A DNA stretch of 64,000 nt from Eledone cirrhosa (lineage: Eukaryota), in the NCBI GenBank assembly GCA_964016885.1, contig OZ024740.1:73718001-73782000 (forward strand), read 5' to 3'. The first letter of the stretch is position 1; each line of letters starts with the position of its first letter. A model generated the notes under the pieces. It was not told where the DNA came from. It saw only the letters and a list, made by a program, of their open reading frames with translations, and made no database searches. The position numbers and the translations under genes were made by a program. Positions 12,279-25,205 of this stretch are shown here, in pieces.

Positions 12279-14442
12279 CTAGGTGACAAGTATACTTAGC
12301 TGGGAGGGGGAAGCAGAGGATAGAAAATTCAAGCATGTTTTGCAACGTGAGGACCAGAAACAGGAGGTGTTCAAGATTGCGAGGCAGTGTGTCAGAGAGA
12401 ATTGTGATGTCATTGGAGAGAAGTGTATCCGGAATGATAAAGGTGAGCTTGCCCTCACAAGTGCTGAGAAGAAAGATGCATGGAAGAGACATTATGATAG
12501 ATTACTAAATGAGGAGAATGCATGGGAAGAAGAGACCCTACCCCAAGTAGACCCTATAGAGGGGCCAGCAGTACAAGTCAGCAGTAGCGTAGTAAGTAAG
12601 GCAATCAAAGATATGAAGATGGGGAAGGCAACCGGTCTATCGGGTATAACTGCCGAGATGCTGAAGGCATCTGGGTCTGTAGGTCACACTATAACCACAC
12701 GTATTGTTAACCAAGTAATACTAGAAGGTGTCATACCAAAAGATTGGTGCAGTAGCATCATTGTCAACTGCTACAAAGGTAAAGGTGATGCACTAGATAG
12801 AGGAAACTATAGAGGTATAAAGCTGATGGACCAGGTCATGAAAGTAACAGAAAGAGTTATAGCACAGTTGATTAGGGACCGGGTGAAACTAGATGAGATG
12901 CAATTTGGGTTTGTACCAGGAAGAGGCACCACTGATGCCCTCTTCCTTGTGAGGCAGTTACAGGAAAAGTACCTAGCTAAAAGTAAGCCACTCTACCTGG
13001 CATTCGTTGATCTCGAGAAAGCCTTTGACAGGGTTCCACGTACTATAATCTGGTGGGCTCTTAGAAAACTAGGAGTAGATGAATGGCTTGTGAAAGCGGT
13101 ACAAGCCATGTATAGGGGAGCAGTCACCAAAGTTAGGATTAGCAATGAGTATAGCGAGGAATTTAGCGTACAGGTTGGGGTCCACCAGGGCTCTGTTCTT
13201 AGCCCCCTCCTGTTCATCATAGTCCTGCAGGAAATAACGGAGGAGTTTAAGACCGGATGCCCATGGGAACTCCTGTATGCTGATGACCTCGCACTTATAG
13301 CTGAATCTATGGTAGAACTGGAGAAGAAATTCCAAACTTGGAAGCAGGGACTAGAAAGAAAGGGTCTCAAAGTCAACATGACAAAGACTAAGGTCCTTGT
13401 AAGTAGACGAGAAGACAGAACCCAGATCCCCTCAGGGAAATGGCCTTGCTCAGTATGTAGGAAAGGTATAGGTAGGAACTCCATTCTCTGCCCCAAATGC
13501 AAACAATGGGTACACAAGAGATGTAGCAGGATCTCAGGAAGCTTAATTAAGAATGTAGGCTTCACATGCAGTAGCTGTGCTGGGACAGCCAGCAGCAAAC
13601 AGCCACAGGAAACAAGTACCACCAATCTCTGAGAGGGCTCTATAGAAACAGTAGATAGCTTCTGCTACCTAGGTGACCGAATTAGCAGCGGAGGTGGGTG
13701 TTCAGAAAGTACAATAACTAGGGTAAGAACGGGATGGAAGAAGTTTAGGGAACTACTACCACTGCTAGCTGCAAAAGGCATCTCCCTCAAAATGAAAAGC
13801 AGACTGTATGATACGTGTATCCGAACAGCGATGTTGCATGGTAGTGCGACCTGGGCGCTGAAGGTGGAAGGCTTACGTAGATTAGAGAGAAACAAAGCCT
13901 GCATGCTCCGATGGATGTGTAACAGTAATATACGCGAACGACAAAGCATAAATGAATTGAGAGAGAGATTGAGCATAAGAGGTCAATGGAAACCGCTGAG
14001 TGGGGAGACCCAAGATGACCTGGGATGAGGTGATAAAAGCTGACCTTACCCAATTACACCTCTCAAAGGCGATGACACACGACCGTGACTTCTGGCGTCA
14101 CGCAGTAACACAGAGTACTCGACCTCCCATGGGTACAAGCTGAAGCATATAGACAATATGCCCCCACACCCCCCACTGCAAGGTGGTCGTGGAGGTGCCA
14201 CAGCAAAAAAGCACCCAGCCCACACTGTAAAGTGGACGTGTAGGCGCCACGAAAAAGGACCCAGCACTCACTGTAAATGAGGTTGGTGTTAGGAAGGGCA
14301 TCCAGCTGTAGAAATCAAGCCAAATCAGTTCCTGTATGAGCAAGGCATGGTCAGCCGAACAGACACTGTCCACAACAGGACAACCCGTCTAACCCATGCT
14401 AGCGTGGAAGAACGGACGTAAAACGGTGATGATGATGATGAT
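12279..14442 (+). mobile_element. RTE LINE subfamily B, 5'-truncated
   Basis: Full RT domain, frameshifted C-terminus with an internal deletion near 13983, distinct 3' UTR and (GAT)n tail; begins in the (TA)n right after the tail of the previous copy. Confidence 0.96.
12283..13632 (+). pseudogene. RTE ORF2 fragment: reverse transcriptase plus PHD finger (449 open codons, no endonuclease)
   Basis: YKGKGD, NYRGIKL, QFGFVPGRGTTDA, FVDLEKAFDRV, QGSVLSPLLF, YADD and a C4HC3 cluster. Confidence 0.93.
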
Positions 14443-14555
14443 CATAATGTGTGAGGGAGGAGGGTTGCATGCATGTGTGTGTATATATATATATATATAT
14501 AGATATGTATATATATCTATATATCATAATGTGTGAGGGAGGAGGGTTGCATGCA

Positions 14556-14588
<33 letters not shown>

Positions 14589-14790
14589 TTAATACAATAA
14601 CAGAGAAAGCTTTATGCTAAACTCCGACTGGTAACCATCTCACTCAACAAACATTAGGTTATACGTTAGTATAAACCCAATTTAGTGTCTGGGGTGCTAA
14701 CTATATGTATTTTGTGGAAAGCCAGTTGTATTATTTTATATGAGATATAATTAAAGTTAAAATATATCTCTCTTTCCAAACAATTGTTTC

Positions 14791-14828
<38 letters not shown>

Positions 14829-14829
14829 A

Positions 14830-15498
14830 TAAGGAAAAAATTAGAGATAAGAGGGATCAGATGTTGTTTACTCGAGAGAAGGCTACGTTGGTATGGACAC
14901 GTGATGCGCATGAAAGTCGATAGCTGTATAACAAAGTGCAGGGCAATAAAGATAGACGGTAGTCACGGAATAGGCAGACCTAGAAAAACCTGGGACGAGC
15001 TGATAAACTCCGACATCACACACTTACACCTCTCCAAGACAATGTCACTGGACCGAGACCTTTGGCGGTACTCAGTAACAGAGAAGACCCGCCTTACCTA
15101 AATATATAGTAAAACCTACTCCAGCCAGTAGGCATCTCTAACAAAATACACCCCGTCCCACCACCACCACCCCCACCCCATCCACACCACCCCGTTCTAT
15201 GTAAAGTTATGTTGGTGCCGCGCCATCCAGGCCGAAACAAATGAGATCGTGTAGGTGTCACGACAAAAAAACACACAGTCCACGCTGTAATGTGGCCGTG
15301 TAGGCAACACGGTAAAAACCTCCAAGACCCACACTGTAAATGTGGTTGGTGTAAGGAAGGGCATCCAGCTGTAGAAAACCTGCCAGACAGTCCTATGCGA
15401 GCAAGACAATCACTCTTGCCTCAAGTGGGACTACCCCCGTCCAAACCTATGCAAGCGTGGAACACGGACGTTAAACGTTGATGATGATGATGATGATC
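14830..15498 (+). mobile_element. RTE LINE subfamily A, 3' end
   Basis: RRLRWYGHVMRM..GRPRKTW..KTRLT*, UTR and (GAT)n tail; preceded by (TA)n. Confidence 0.95.
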
Positions 15499-15593
15499 AT
15501 CATATTAAGAATTATTGTTGTTTAATCCCAGATTAACTCTCATCAAACTGAATCAATATTCAAAGTATTCCAACCATGACCAGCCCATTTTAT

Positions 15594-15823
15594 ACCTCTT
15601 TGTTACCAACCCGACCGAAATTGGCTGGTTCTATGAAATATAACCATTTTAAAGGCTTTCAATTAAAATTAAAATCCTCCAACATAATTTTATATAAGAA
15701 CCTTACATTCAGTTACTGTCTTAGTAATGAAATAATTAATGATTTTAGTAAATCATTCAAAATTCTTCATTAATTAATTAAAATAGAGTGTATTTAATTA
15801 GAGATGATGCCTTGAATGGGTTA
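15594..15823. mobile_element. Second piggyBac-like MITE family (degenerate)
   Basis: Decayed CCTCTTTTGTTACC left end and GGG|TTAA right end; related pieces near 18545-18670, 22640 and 38240-38398. Confidence 0.45.
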
Positions 15824-16094
15824 AGGGATTTGGGAACTATGTTATATAGTGTGTTCTTTCATGCATGGGGTGTCATTTTAAGAAAATTTGGCAGCTATTC
15901 CTTATAGGTTAAACCACTATGCACAGGCCTCTATATTAGTTCCAAATTTGGCAGCAATTTCTGGGAAGTTTGGCCTATGGTGTTACATGAAATGTAAACC
16001 ACCTTCACTCCTATAGGGCTGAAATACTAATGAAACAACTAGCTATGTAATTCTCTAAGTCCATATTGAAAAAAAAAAAAATCAATATTTTTTA

Positions 16095-16191
<97 letters not shown>

Positions 16192-17344
16192 CTGTTTTGT
16201 TGAATATATATTTTTTCAATATTACTTGTACTTGAAAAATATCAAGAAAAAATACCAAGAAAAAATAACAAGAAACAGAAAAATCTCAAATTAAACTGCA
16301 TCTGTTGGATAAGAATGTAGGTCAGAGTGTATGTATGTAAACGGCATTGATTGGATTTGTTTCTGTGAACAATAAAGTATAAAAACAAGCAAAATCCATA
16401 TCTCAATAAAATATGGGATCCATTTAGAGTTAGAGTTGCAACGGTGTGGCATAGTGGTTAGGGTGTTGGATACATGATTATAAGGTAATAAGTTCAATAC
16501 CTGAACCAGATGATACATTGTATTCTTCAGCAAGTGTCTTCACTTCATGTTGCTTTTCATGATAAGACTAGAGCCACTATCATTAAAACATGGAAGAAAC
16601 CTCCTATAAATTGCAACACTGACAGGAGGTCAGCTAAACCTGCAGAGGTGTAAGCAGTAAACTTCATTGCATTTTTTAAAGTGAGATAGTAAGAATAAAT
16701 GGATGTGGAACAAAAGGAAGTTGGGAATATGTTGCAGTAAAGCCTTTCTATAACCGCAATAACAGTCACATCCCTAGGCAGTATTTAATCGTGGAGTGAA
16801 CCTCATCATCATCATCATCATCACAGGAATCAGCCGATTCAATGTAGCCATACACCATTGCAGCCATGGCTATCAGCAGCTTACCAGTGTGGCTTGCCTG
16901 AGCAGATTGCAGAACACATACTAAGTGAGTACTCGGAACTATACCCACCTGAGTACATGGACCTCACACACCCTAACCCCACTACCATGAGCTGGTTGCA
17001 GCACCTGGGGGATATCATGTGATTGCTGTCTCATATCAAAAAAAGAATTATCACTGTTTTACATCCTTTTCCATGCTGGCATTGGTTAGACAGGGTACCA
17101 GAGTCCCAAACTAGATAAGTCGGAACATCCTCATCTAGCTCATAAGTTCTAAATTTGGCATGGTTTCTATGGCTGAGTGTCCTTCCTAATGCCAACCACC
17201 TTACAGAGTGGACTGGGTGCATGTTATTGTGACATGAGCACTAGAGAAGTTGTCTCATGATATATATATATATTAATATATCCATTCTACATCAAGTACT
17301 ACTCTGATGTGTGCTCTTCCCAGTCTTTGTATTGCAGACATTCC

Positions 17345-17846
17345 ATATATGCCTGCTTTTTCACACTTGCATGGGTTGGATGGGTCCTTCTCAGCATGAC
17401 ATATCTCCACACATCGCAATCCTTTGACATCTCCTTTGTGAGTCTTAGTGATTTGAGGTCAGCTCTCACAACCTCTACCCAGGTCTTTCTTAGTCAACCT
17501 CTACTGTGGTTTCCTTTCACTGGCATTTCCTGCCACTTCTTCACCCAATGGACATCATATGTCCAAACCTGCACCACCATCTCAGATTACTCTTAAACCC
17601 AGTTTCTCCCTCAACTCATCCCAGCTCTGCCTTTCTCTCAAACTTACATTGCACATGCAACAAAGCATGGTTGCTTCCTTTCTCTCCAGTTTACATATGT
17701 CTTCTGCAGTCACTGCCCATGTTTCACTATTATGCAGCATCGCACTTCTCACACAGGTATCATACAATTGTCCTTTTGTAGGTAGGAAGAAACCTTTTGT
17801 GGTCAACAATGAGAGTAGCTCTCTGAAATTTTTCCATCCTATCCTT
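17345..17846 (-). mobile_element. RTE LINE subfamily C 3' fragment
   Basis: TKGFFLPTKGQLYDTCVRSAMLHNSETWAVTAED..LREKLGLR; homologous to 21755-22370. Confidence 0.88.
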
Positions 17847-18332
17847 AATATATATATATATATATATTTGCATTATTATTAGGTAGTCTCTAAGCTTGCA
17901 ATGCAAGAAATGATTTGATTCTCCCATCAGTGTGAACACATTAAATTGTATGCAGCCACAGTATATAACAACAACAAATACCAAAAAGGAGAAGAATTTC
18001 TCACCCAGACCATCATGGTTTCTGATGTTTCTGGTGTTGTGCAGCATGAGTTGCCAGTGTGCATTTAATAGTTATTATGTAATTTGAACAGGAAATATAT
18101 TCATCAGCAGGCATTTGTTCGATTTATATCCAACTTCGATTTTGTCACTAAGACACTGCGAGGTAATGCAGTACTGTAGTATCATATGATCTTAAAAGGG
18201 GAAGACCACTTGGCATTATATTTATATATTAATTGAACCTTTTCATGAAAAACATTGCCTGTGATTTTCAAATCATTTTGAAAATAATCACAAAGTTGGA
18301 GGGATTTATTAATATAACCTTTTCATCATTAA

Positions 18333-18538
18333 CCCTTTAACATTTTCATTACTCTACTATTATATTTTCATAGTAAAAGCTTTATCTCACATAATATAGA
18401 ATCTATGAAATTTTGATGATGTTATCTATTTTGAGAACAATAACTTAATGTCAGTATGAGTGGCTGGCTACAGCTGGTTTGAACAGAAAAAAGATGAGAG
18501 AATTCTGGCTGCATATGGCCGGTTTAAATGCTAAAGGG
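18333..18538 (-). mobile_element. piggyBac-type MITE
   Basis: TTAA|CCCTTTAACATTT..AAATGCTAAAGGG|TTAA; reverse orientation of the 6112 copy, nested in another MITE. Confidence 0.88.
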
Positions 18539-19439
18539 TTAAGCTGGGGTTTGGAGCATAACTTAACAAATGTTCTTGCTTACGATTACGATGGAAGTAT
18601 TGCAGATAAATATATATACATTAAAATTAACTAGGGGCAATTTTAGGTAGTTTGGAACCAAAAGGGTTAATGTAATATTTCTAGTCATTGATTCCCAGAC
18701 TAGGTAATGCATTGCATCCTTCAGCAAGACATTTTATTTCATGTTACTCCTGTCTACTCAGTTGCAACATCACTGGTTCCAAAATGTATTGGCCTTTGTC
18801 TTTCCCTTGAACAACAACGGTGGCATGGAGAGGGAAGACTAGTATGCATGAGTGACAGTTGGTCTTCCACAAACGACCTTTCCTGGACTTGTGACTTGGA
18901 TGGGAACTTTCTAGGTGCAAAACAAATGGTCATTTGTGACTGAGGTGGTCTTTACCGTTACTGTATGAAACTGCATTAGTATGACATTCTGAAAAAGTAC
19001 AAAGCAGCACTATGTCTCTATCACAATAAAAATGAAAGTCTTTACTCTAATACTGCAAATTTTCCTAATGATCTGTATGCCATTAAGTATTTGAATTAAC
19101 AAACCTATTTTTAGATATTTTCTGCAAAATCATTACATGATGTTACGAATTAATTTACTTCAGCAGTATACATTTTTTATTGTTTACAAAAAATTTTTTT
19201 TTTCCCCTTTAAGGAGAAATGTTCTGGAAGATAGCTTAGGCAAAAAAAGACAAAAAAAAAAACTGTCTTTTTTCATGCTGAACTCTAAATGCCTCAGTTT
19301 TCTGTGTGTAACTGATTTATATGCGTTTTGTTATTATCCGATGTCAATTACTATTACCTAATTATTTATATATTTTTATAATGACTTATGGCAGACAATC
19401 AAATAACATACCAATCTACCCATAAAGCTCCACCAACAG

Positions 19440-19910
19440 TTGACCAACTTTAAAATTAAAACTAAAGGACTGACAGTTGCAGCATAAGACCATTGTCTCA
19501 AACACGACCCTACTAGAAAAATATATTCTAACAAAGGAAGTGAGTCTAAGATGTTAAGTAAGTAGGTTATTTGACAAAACACTAGAACACAGCTAGACAT
19601 ATCTAGACAAGACAGATTATACATATAGTTATGACATCACTACAACATTCACAACACACATAGGTGGAGGACATAAGGAAGAAAGCAAAACAATACAGAA
19701 ATATACTAAGAGCACTTATAGCTAACACATTTAACCAATAGAAAGAAACTACAACAAAACAGCTCCATTGTAAATTATGCCAGCTCTGTCATTTATTGCA
19801 ACAAAACAAGCTACAAAGAACATGAAATCATAAATTTTGCATTATTCCAGTTTGTACACAGACCACACCCGTAGCCCACATATACAAAGAAAAAAATACT
19901 AAAAATTGTA
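19440..19910 (+). mobile_element. Highly degenerate non-LTR RT C-terminal region
   Basis: Broken frames give TTFTTHI, EDIRKKAKQYRNILRALIANTFNQ*KET, SIVNYASSV and VCTQTTPVAHIYKE, resembling I/Jockey-group post-RT sequence. Confidence 0.5.
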
Positions 19911-20383
19911 AAACAATCATGACATATGAGGAGCACAGTTTCTTACTGTAGCATACTGATTGGTCCCTACCACTTCATATACAAATACCTGGACACATCT
20001 AAAACGTGATTGTAAAACCAAACAAAACCATCCTCAAAACTATTTCCTGCACTCATCTCAGAAAAATGAACATAACAGAAATAGCTACAGCAACTTGAAC
20101 GGTCCACTGCAGTTGTTTCTGATGTAGCTACCACAGAATCTACAGGCGTACATCTAGCCAATTAGATACACTATGCAGTCACTTCACTTGCTAGAAATTG
20201 CAGCTAAATTTCCCTCAAATCACCAAATCTCTTTAAAGAAAGGATAAACAATGTAGTCTTTGATCTACAAAAAGACGATTAGAATGTCTGGAATGCCATT
20301 TGATCATTCGTCTACTAGATTTTGGCTGACCTGGGATAACATTAATTGTATAAATACTGGTGTGTGTGAACGTGTATGTATAC

Positions 20384-20415
<32 letters not shown>

Positions 20416-20416
<1 letters not shown>

Positions 20417-20990
20417 TAACTAAACTACCCGTCCTTTGGACGGTTCAAGTAGCTTTTGATGTAGCTCATTAAACTAAAAGTAAATTTGAATACATAGAAG
20501 AAACACGATATTACACAATCGAATGTAAAAATAAAGATTAATTGTAAAATGTATTTGAAGTACATGTAGTGGTAGAACGTTGGAAATGTACAGGGTATGT
20601 AAGTTAATAATTAAATTATGTGTCAGAAACGTAGTTTAATCAATGCGAAGAAATAGAATAATTCTAAGTCTTTGATGTATAAACCATCCTTTAGATAAAT
20701 TTAAGCATAATATTGTAAAAGTTATGAGATCAGTTAATATAAACAAAGCTTGAAACAATAAATTATACAATGTCAAATCTATAACTTAACTGAGTAATCT
20801 GTTAGAAATTGCTGGTTATGAAATATACAAAATGATATTGTTATTCTCTTCGTTTCAAGTAGAAAGAGTAAATTAAAATCCGAATGAGCCGAATTACGAA
20901 AGATAACTCTTGTCTTACTTAATCACGAAAATTCGCACAAATAACCGAAACTTTTTTAATGTCTCCAAAGGCCCCAATATCGATTTTTGA
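20416..20990 (-). mobile_element. Helitron 3' portion
   Basis: On the minus strand a subterminal hairpin CCGTCC-AAA-GGACGG (20429-20443) lies ~12 nt before TTAG|T in a (TA)n tract; the far boundary is approximate. Confidence 0.6.
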
Positions 20991-21754
20991 AAGCCTTTGT
21001 AGATCATGTACAGGTTTTATATTATTTATGTCTATGCTCTAGCAATATCATGCATGAAAACACTCTAAAGTCAAAAGTCAATCACAGGGTTAAACCCCCA
21101 GCTACTGCTGGAGCTAGTTTTCAGCTGAGTATACTGGAGCAACATGAAATTCAGTGTTTTATTCAAGAACATGACACTCAACTTGGTCCAGAAATCGAAC
21201 ATACAACCCTATGATCATAAGTCCAACGCCCTAACAACATATAGCAGATAAATCAAGCAAATAGGTATCAGAAGACACTCCTGGCAGTAAATACTACTAC
21301 TACATAGTGTAGTGTAGTGTAATATCCGTCCGTCCGTCGTCGTCGTCATCATCATACGCCTGCTTTTCCCTGCTTACAAGGGTAGGACATATATAATTAA
21401 GAATGGGTTTTCAAAAAGGAATGGAAGAGAACCACAGTGTTAAAGAAGGTACTTAATACATTAGTAGAGAAAGTACATATATATAATATATATATACAAT
21501 AATGGGTATAAATTAAAGTTGTGGCCGCAGTATAGCAGATACCAATCAAATTGTTTGAGGCAGTCACAAAAGCACTCAATGGTGTGAAAAATTAATGTTT
21601 TCACCCAGAGTAAACACAAAAAGTGTGACACCAAGAATAAAGTGACCAAAAGCATGTTGCCATAATAATACAACATCGACATATACAAACAGATTGAAAT
21701 AAATCAAGAAGAAGAGTTCTAATGATATAAACCTTTTCCAGTCACAGGAAGGAT

Positions 21755-22370
21755 TCATGGACATGGTTGATAGCTTCTGTTATCTAGGTGACCTATTTAG
21801 CTATGGAGTAGAGTGCGCTGAGAGTATAATAGCTAGAATAAGGATAGGATGGAAGACGTTTAGAGAACTAATTCCACTGCTGACAAAAGATTTCTCTCTA
21901 CATACAAAAGGAAGGTTGTATGATGCGCAGTGCACGATGCTACATGGTAGTGAAACATGGGCTGTGACTAGAGGACATGTGTAGACTGAGGAGAAATGAA
22001 ACAACCATGTTTCGTTGGATGTGCAATGTAAATGTGAGAGAAAGGCAGAGCTTCGATGAGCTGAGGAAGAAACTGGGTTTAAGGGAAATCTGGGATGGTG
22101 TGCAGATGAAAAGACTGTGTTGGTATGGACATGTGATGCACATAGACAAAGACAGTGGGTGAAGAAATGCCAGGAAATCCCAATGGAAGCCTCAGTAAAG
22201 GATGACCAAGAAAGATCTGGGCAGAGGTCCTGTTGACCTCAAATCGCTAAGACTGGAAGAGATGACGAAGGAACATGACAAGTGGAGAGATGTCATGCTG
22301 AGAAGGACCTGTCCAACCCAAGCAAGCATGGAAAAGAAGACATAAAAACGATGATGATCATGATCATGAT
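21755..22370 (+). mobile_element. RTE LINE subfamily C 3' fragment
   Basis: VDSFCYLGD, RIRIGWKTFRELIPLL, LHGSETWAV, RLCWYGHV; tail GACATAAAAACGATGATGAT. Confidence 0.92.
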
Positions 22371-22716
22371 ATATAATACTGAAACAAAGCTGTCAAATAG
22401 GATCAATACACCTTTAGTTGTTTTGCCATTCACCTCCCAATAATTTAATTAAGTCAGTATCATTAAGACACCAACCCAAGTGGCCCTAACAGAGTTTTTC
22501 ATCATAGGAGTGTATATGAGAACATATATATGTTTATGTATAATGATGTCTCACTACAAATCTTTTTATAAACAGTAATAAAACTGCCCCTGGCTCTACA
22601 ATATATAACTGTTTCTCTGAAAGTGTTCATAGTTTTCTAAAAATCTTATATCATAATTTCATGTAAGAAGCTTTGTTAAGTTATGTTCCAAACACCAACT
22701 TAATAAAGAAAAGATT

Positions 22717-22983
22717 AGTTATTGAAGCATGGAACAAACTACAGGCATCGGTTGTTAGCTGTCGGGACACTGCATCCTTCAAAACCTCCATGCTTCCCGA
22801 AATTCGGCAACACTACACCTGATATTCCGCCTCCATATATATGCACGCATGTATCTGTGTGTATATCATGACTCATATGCTGTTCACTTTCCTGATATTT
22901 GTACTTTATTCTATGTACTATACATGCACCTTTATTGAGTTGTAGTGCACCTGAGCACTGTACACAATAATTTCATTATATAA
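22717..22983 (+). mobile_element. CR1-type LINE 3' end
   Basis: EAWNKL..SFK ORF end and terminal GAGTTGTAGTGCACCTGAGCACTGTACAC..CATTAT; same end at 23740-24018 and on the minus strand near 49690-49830. Confidence 0.7.
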
Positions 22984-23204
22984 CTAGATCCCTCAAAATT
23001 CTTATTTATTTTCGAAATTATTTGAAAACCTTAGGTAGTGTCTTTCATTTGAAATGTGGTAATAAAATGGTTAAATATTAGGTATTGGTGAGTTTTTATA
23101 GATTTTAGGGTTTTACTTTATTACTTCTCTTTCTTACTTTTGTTGAACTTTCAGACATACATGCTTACTACATAGTTATTGTTTGAACTTTTGACATGGG
23201 CCCC

Positions 23205-24018
23205 ACCTAACACTAGCTGCTGTGATCAACTCATCGAGTTTCTTGAAGACATTACCCAAATCACCGAAACACTGATAGTGGCTCAAGGGTGGATGTTATT
23301 TATCTTGACTTTGCTAAAGCTTTTCATTCTGTGTCACACAAAAGACTTATGGCAAAACTCTCTGCAAGGATGTGAGAGATGATCTTTATAACTGGTTGAA
23401 GTCCTTTCTTAGTCACGGTTCTAGGACAGAATCTTCACTCTATGAGATGATATCTGGTGTACCACAGGGATCTGTTCTTGGTCCCCTTTTGTTTGTTGCA
23501 TATATTAATGCCACAGTACTGAAATACACAGATGACATCAACCTGTACCTTGATATAAAAAAGACAGATCCTGTATGCTATAGATCTTTCCTGCAATCAG
23601 ACCTTGTCACAATGAGGCAATGGATCATGGACTGGCAACTCAAGCTGGCTGTTTAACATATGTCTAACACCCGTGGACATGCTTAGAAAATCAGAAAACA
23701 GTATAGATCCCATGACTTTCGGAAACATTTTTACATGCTCAGAGTTGCTGAAGCATAGCACAAACTACCTGCATCAGTTGTTAGTTGTTGGGACACTGCA
23801 GCCTTCAAAATTTCTATGCTTCCTGAAATTCGTCAACACACCTAATATTCCTCCTCCATACACACACACGCAAGTGTGTCTGTGTGTATATCATGACTCA
23901 TACACTGTTCACTTTCATGACATTTGTATATTATTCTATGTACTATACATACACTTTTGATGAGTTGTAGTGCACTTGAATACTCACTGTACACGGCAAT
24001 TTTCATTATTATTATTAT
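23205..24018 (+). mobile_element. Internally deleted CR1-clade LINE
   Basis: VDVIYLDFAKAF, SGVPQGSVLGPLLFVAYIN, KYTDD, WIMDWQLKL, then a 3' end with (ATT)n tail. Confidence 0.85.
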
Positions 24019-24879
24019 CCACATTTAGGTCAATTAATTTCCTGTGTGTATTATTTTGCCTTTCATCCTTACGGGGTCGATAAAATAAAGTACCAGTAAT
24101 GCACTGGGTAATTGCTGGCCTTGTGCCTAAAGTAGAAACAATTATTTAATTATATGTCTCATTATCACTATTGCTCTTTCTTTCTTTTATCATGGTGGTT
24201 AGTTTTGAATGTATGGAGCAGTATTTCACTACATAAATATATATATAATATATTTGAAATATTTGCAAAATTAGATTCAAAGGAAATTAGAGAAAAATAA
24301 AAAAATTTTGTGATGAAAATATATTTTTCTTTGATAGCAAGGCTACCCATATGTTTATTGTATATGTTTATATATATTTTCATATATTCCTGTATGAGGA
24401 AGACATGGTCATCTGACCTCGATTTGCCTCAAATAGGACAATCCGTCTAACCCATGCTAGTGTGAAAAATGGACTTTAAACAATGATGATGATGATAACC
24501 TCTATCATTCTTAAACACTGTTTTAGTGCTACTGGCAATTAATTATAAACACCCAAGTTCACACTATATGCAAATAAGCATTTCCAACTGAAGGGTTGGG
24601 AAGACCCTCCAGTTGTGTCAAAGACATGAGAACCTTTCCAGTGCTGGTACCACAATAAATGCATGTGATAGGATGTGAAACCATATGTATGCGAGATTCA
24701 AACCACTGGCATCTGGGAGGTTAGTAGCTCTGCTTCACTACGTTTTCAATCTGTGAAGGCCTACCCAACTCTTGTTAGCAGGGAAAGTGGACATTAAATG
24801 ATGATGATGAACCTTTCTTATATTGTGTTCCTAACACCAGCTTAATAATGAAAAGCAGTAAATTTCCTTAGAAATATGC

Positions 24880-25205
24880 ACTCTCAGGTCCCAAATAATA
24901 GGGGGGGGGGGATAAGCAGGAGCGTTGAAATAAGTAGGGGAGCTGGAATAAGCGGGCGTGAGGGTGTTGGAATAAGTGGGTGGGGGTGAAATCATTAATT
25001 TTTCTAGGTTTTTCTGGTTAAAAAAACCCAGAATTAGTCGTTTAGTTTACATATTGAGACCCCCAACCCACCCTATTTATTTGATAACATAAGGGATTTC
25101 TAGTAATGTACTTTTTTGGTCATGTATGTTTTTAATGTATAAAGAAAATTAATTGTTTCACCAGAGATAAATTAGCAAATTTAAGCAGGGTGGTTGGAAA
25201 AAAAA
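24880..25205 (+). mobile_element. TA-flanked MITE family copy (partial)
   Basis: CTCTCAGGTCCCAAATAATAGG left end and body homologous to 5852-6107. Confidence 0.8.

Noticed and set aside
12993-13625. 210-aa minus-strand ORF and similar ones at 10882, 7096 and 30472
   Set aside because: Antisense shadows of the RTE RT frame, with no independent motif.
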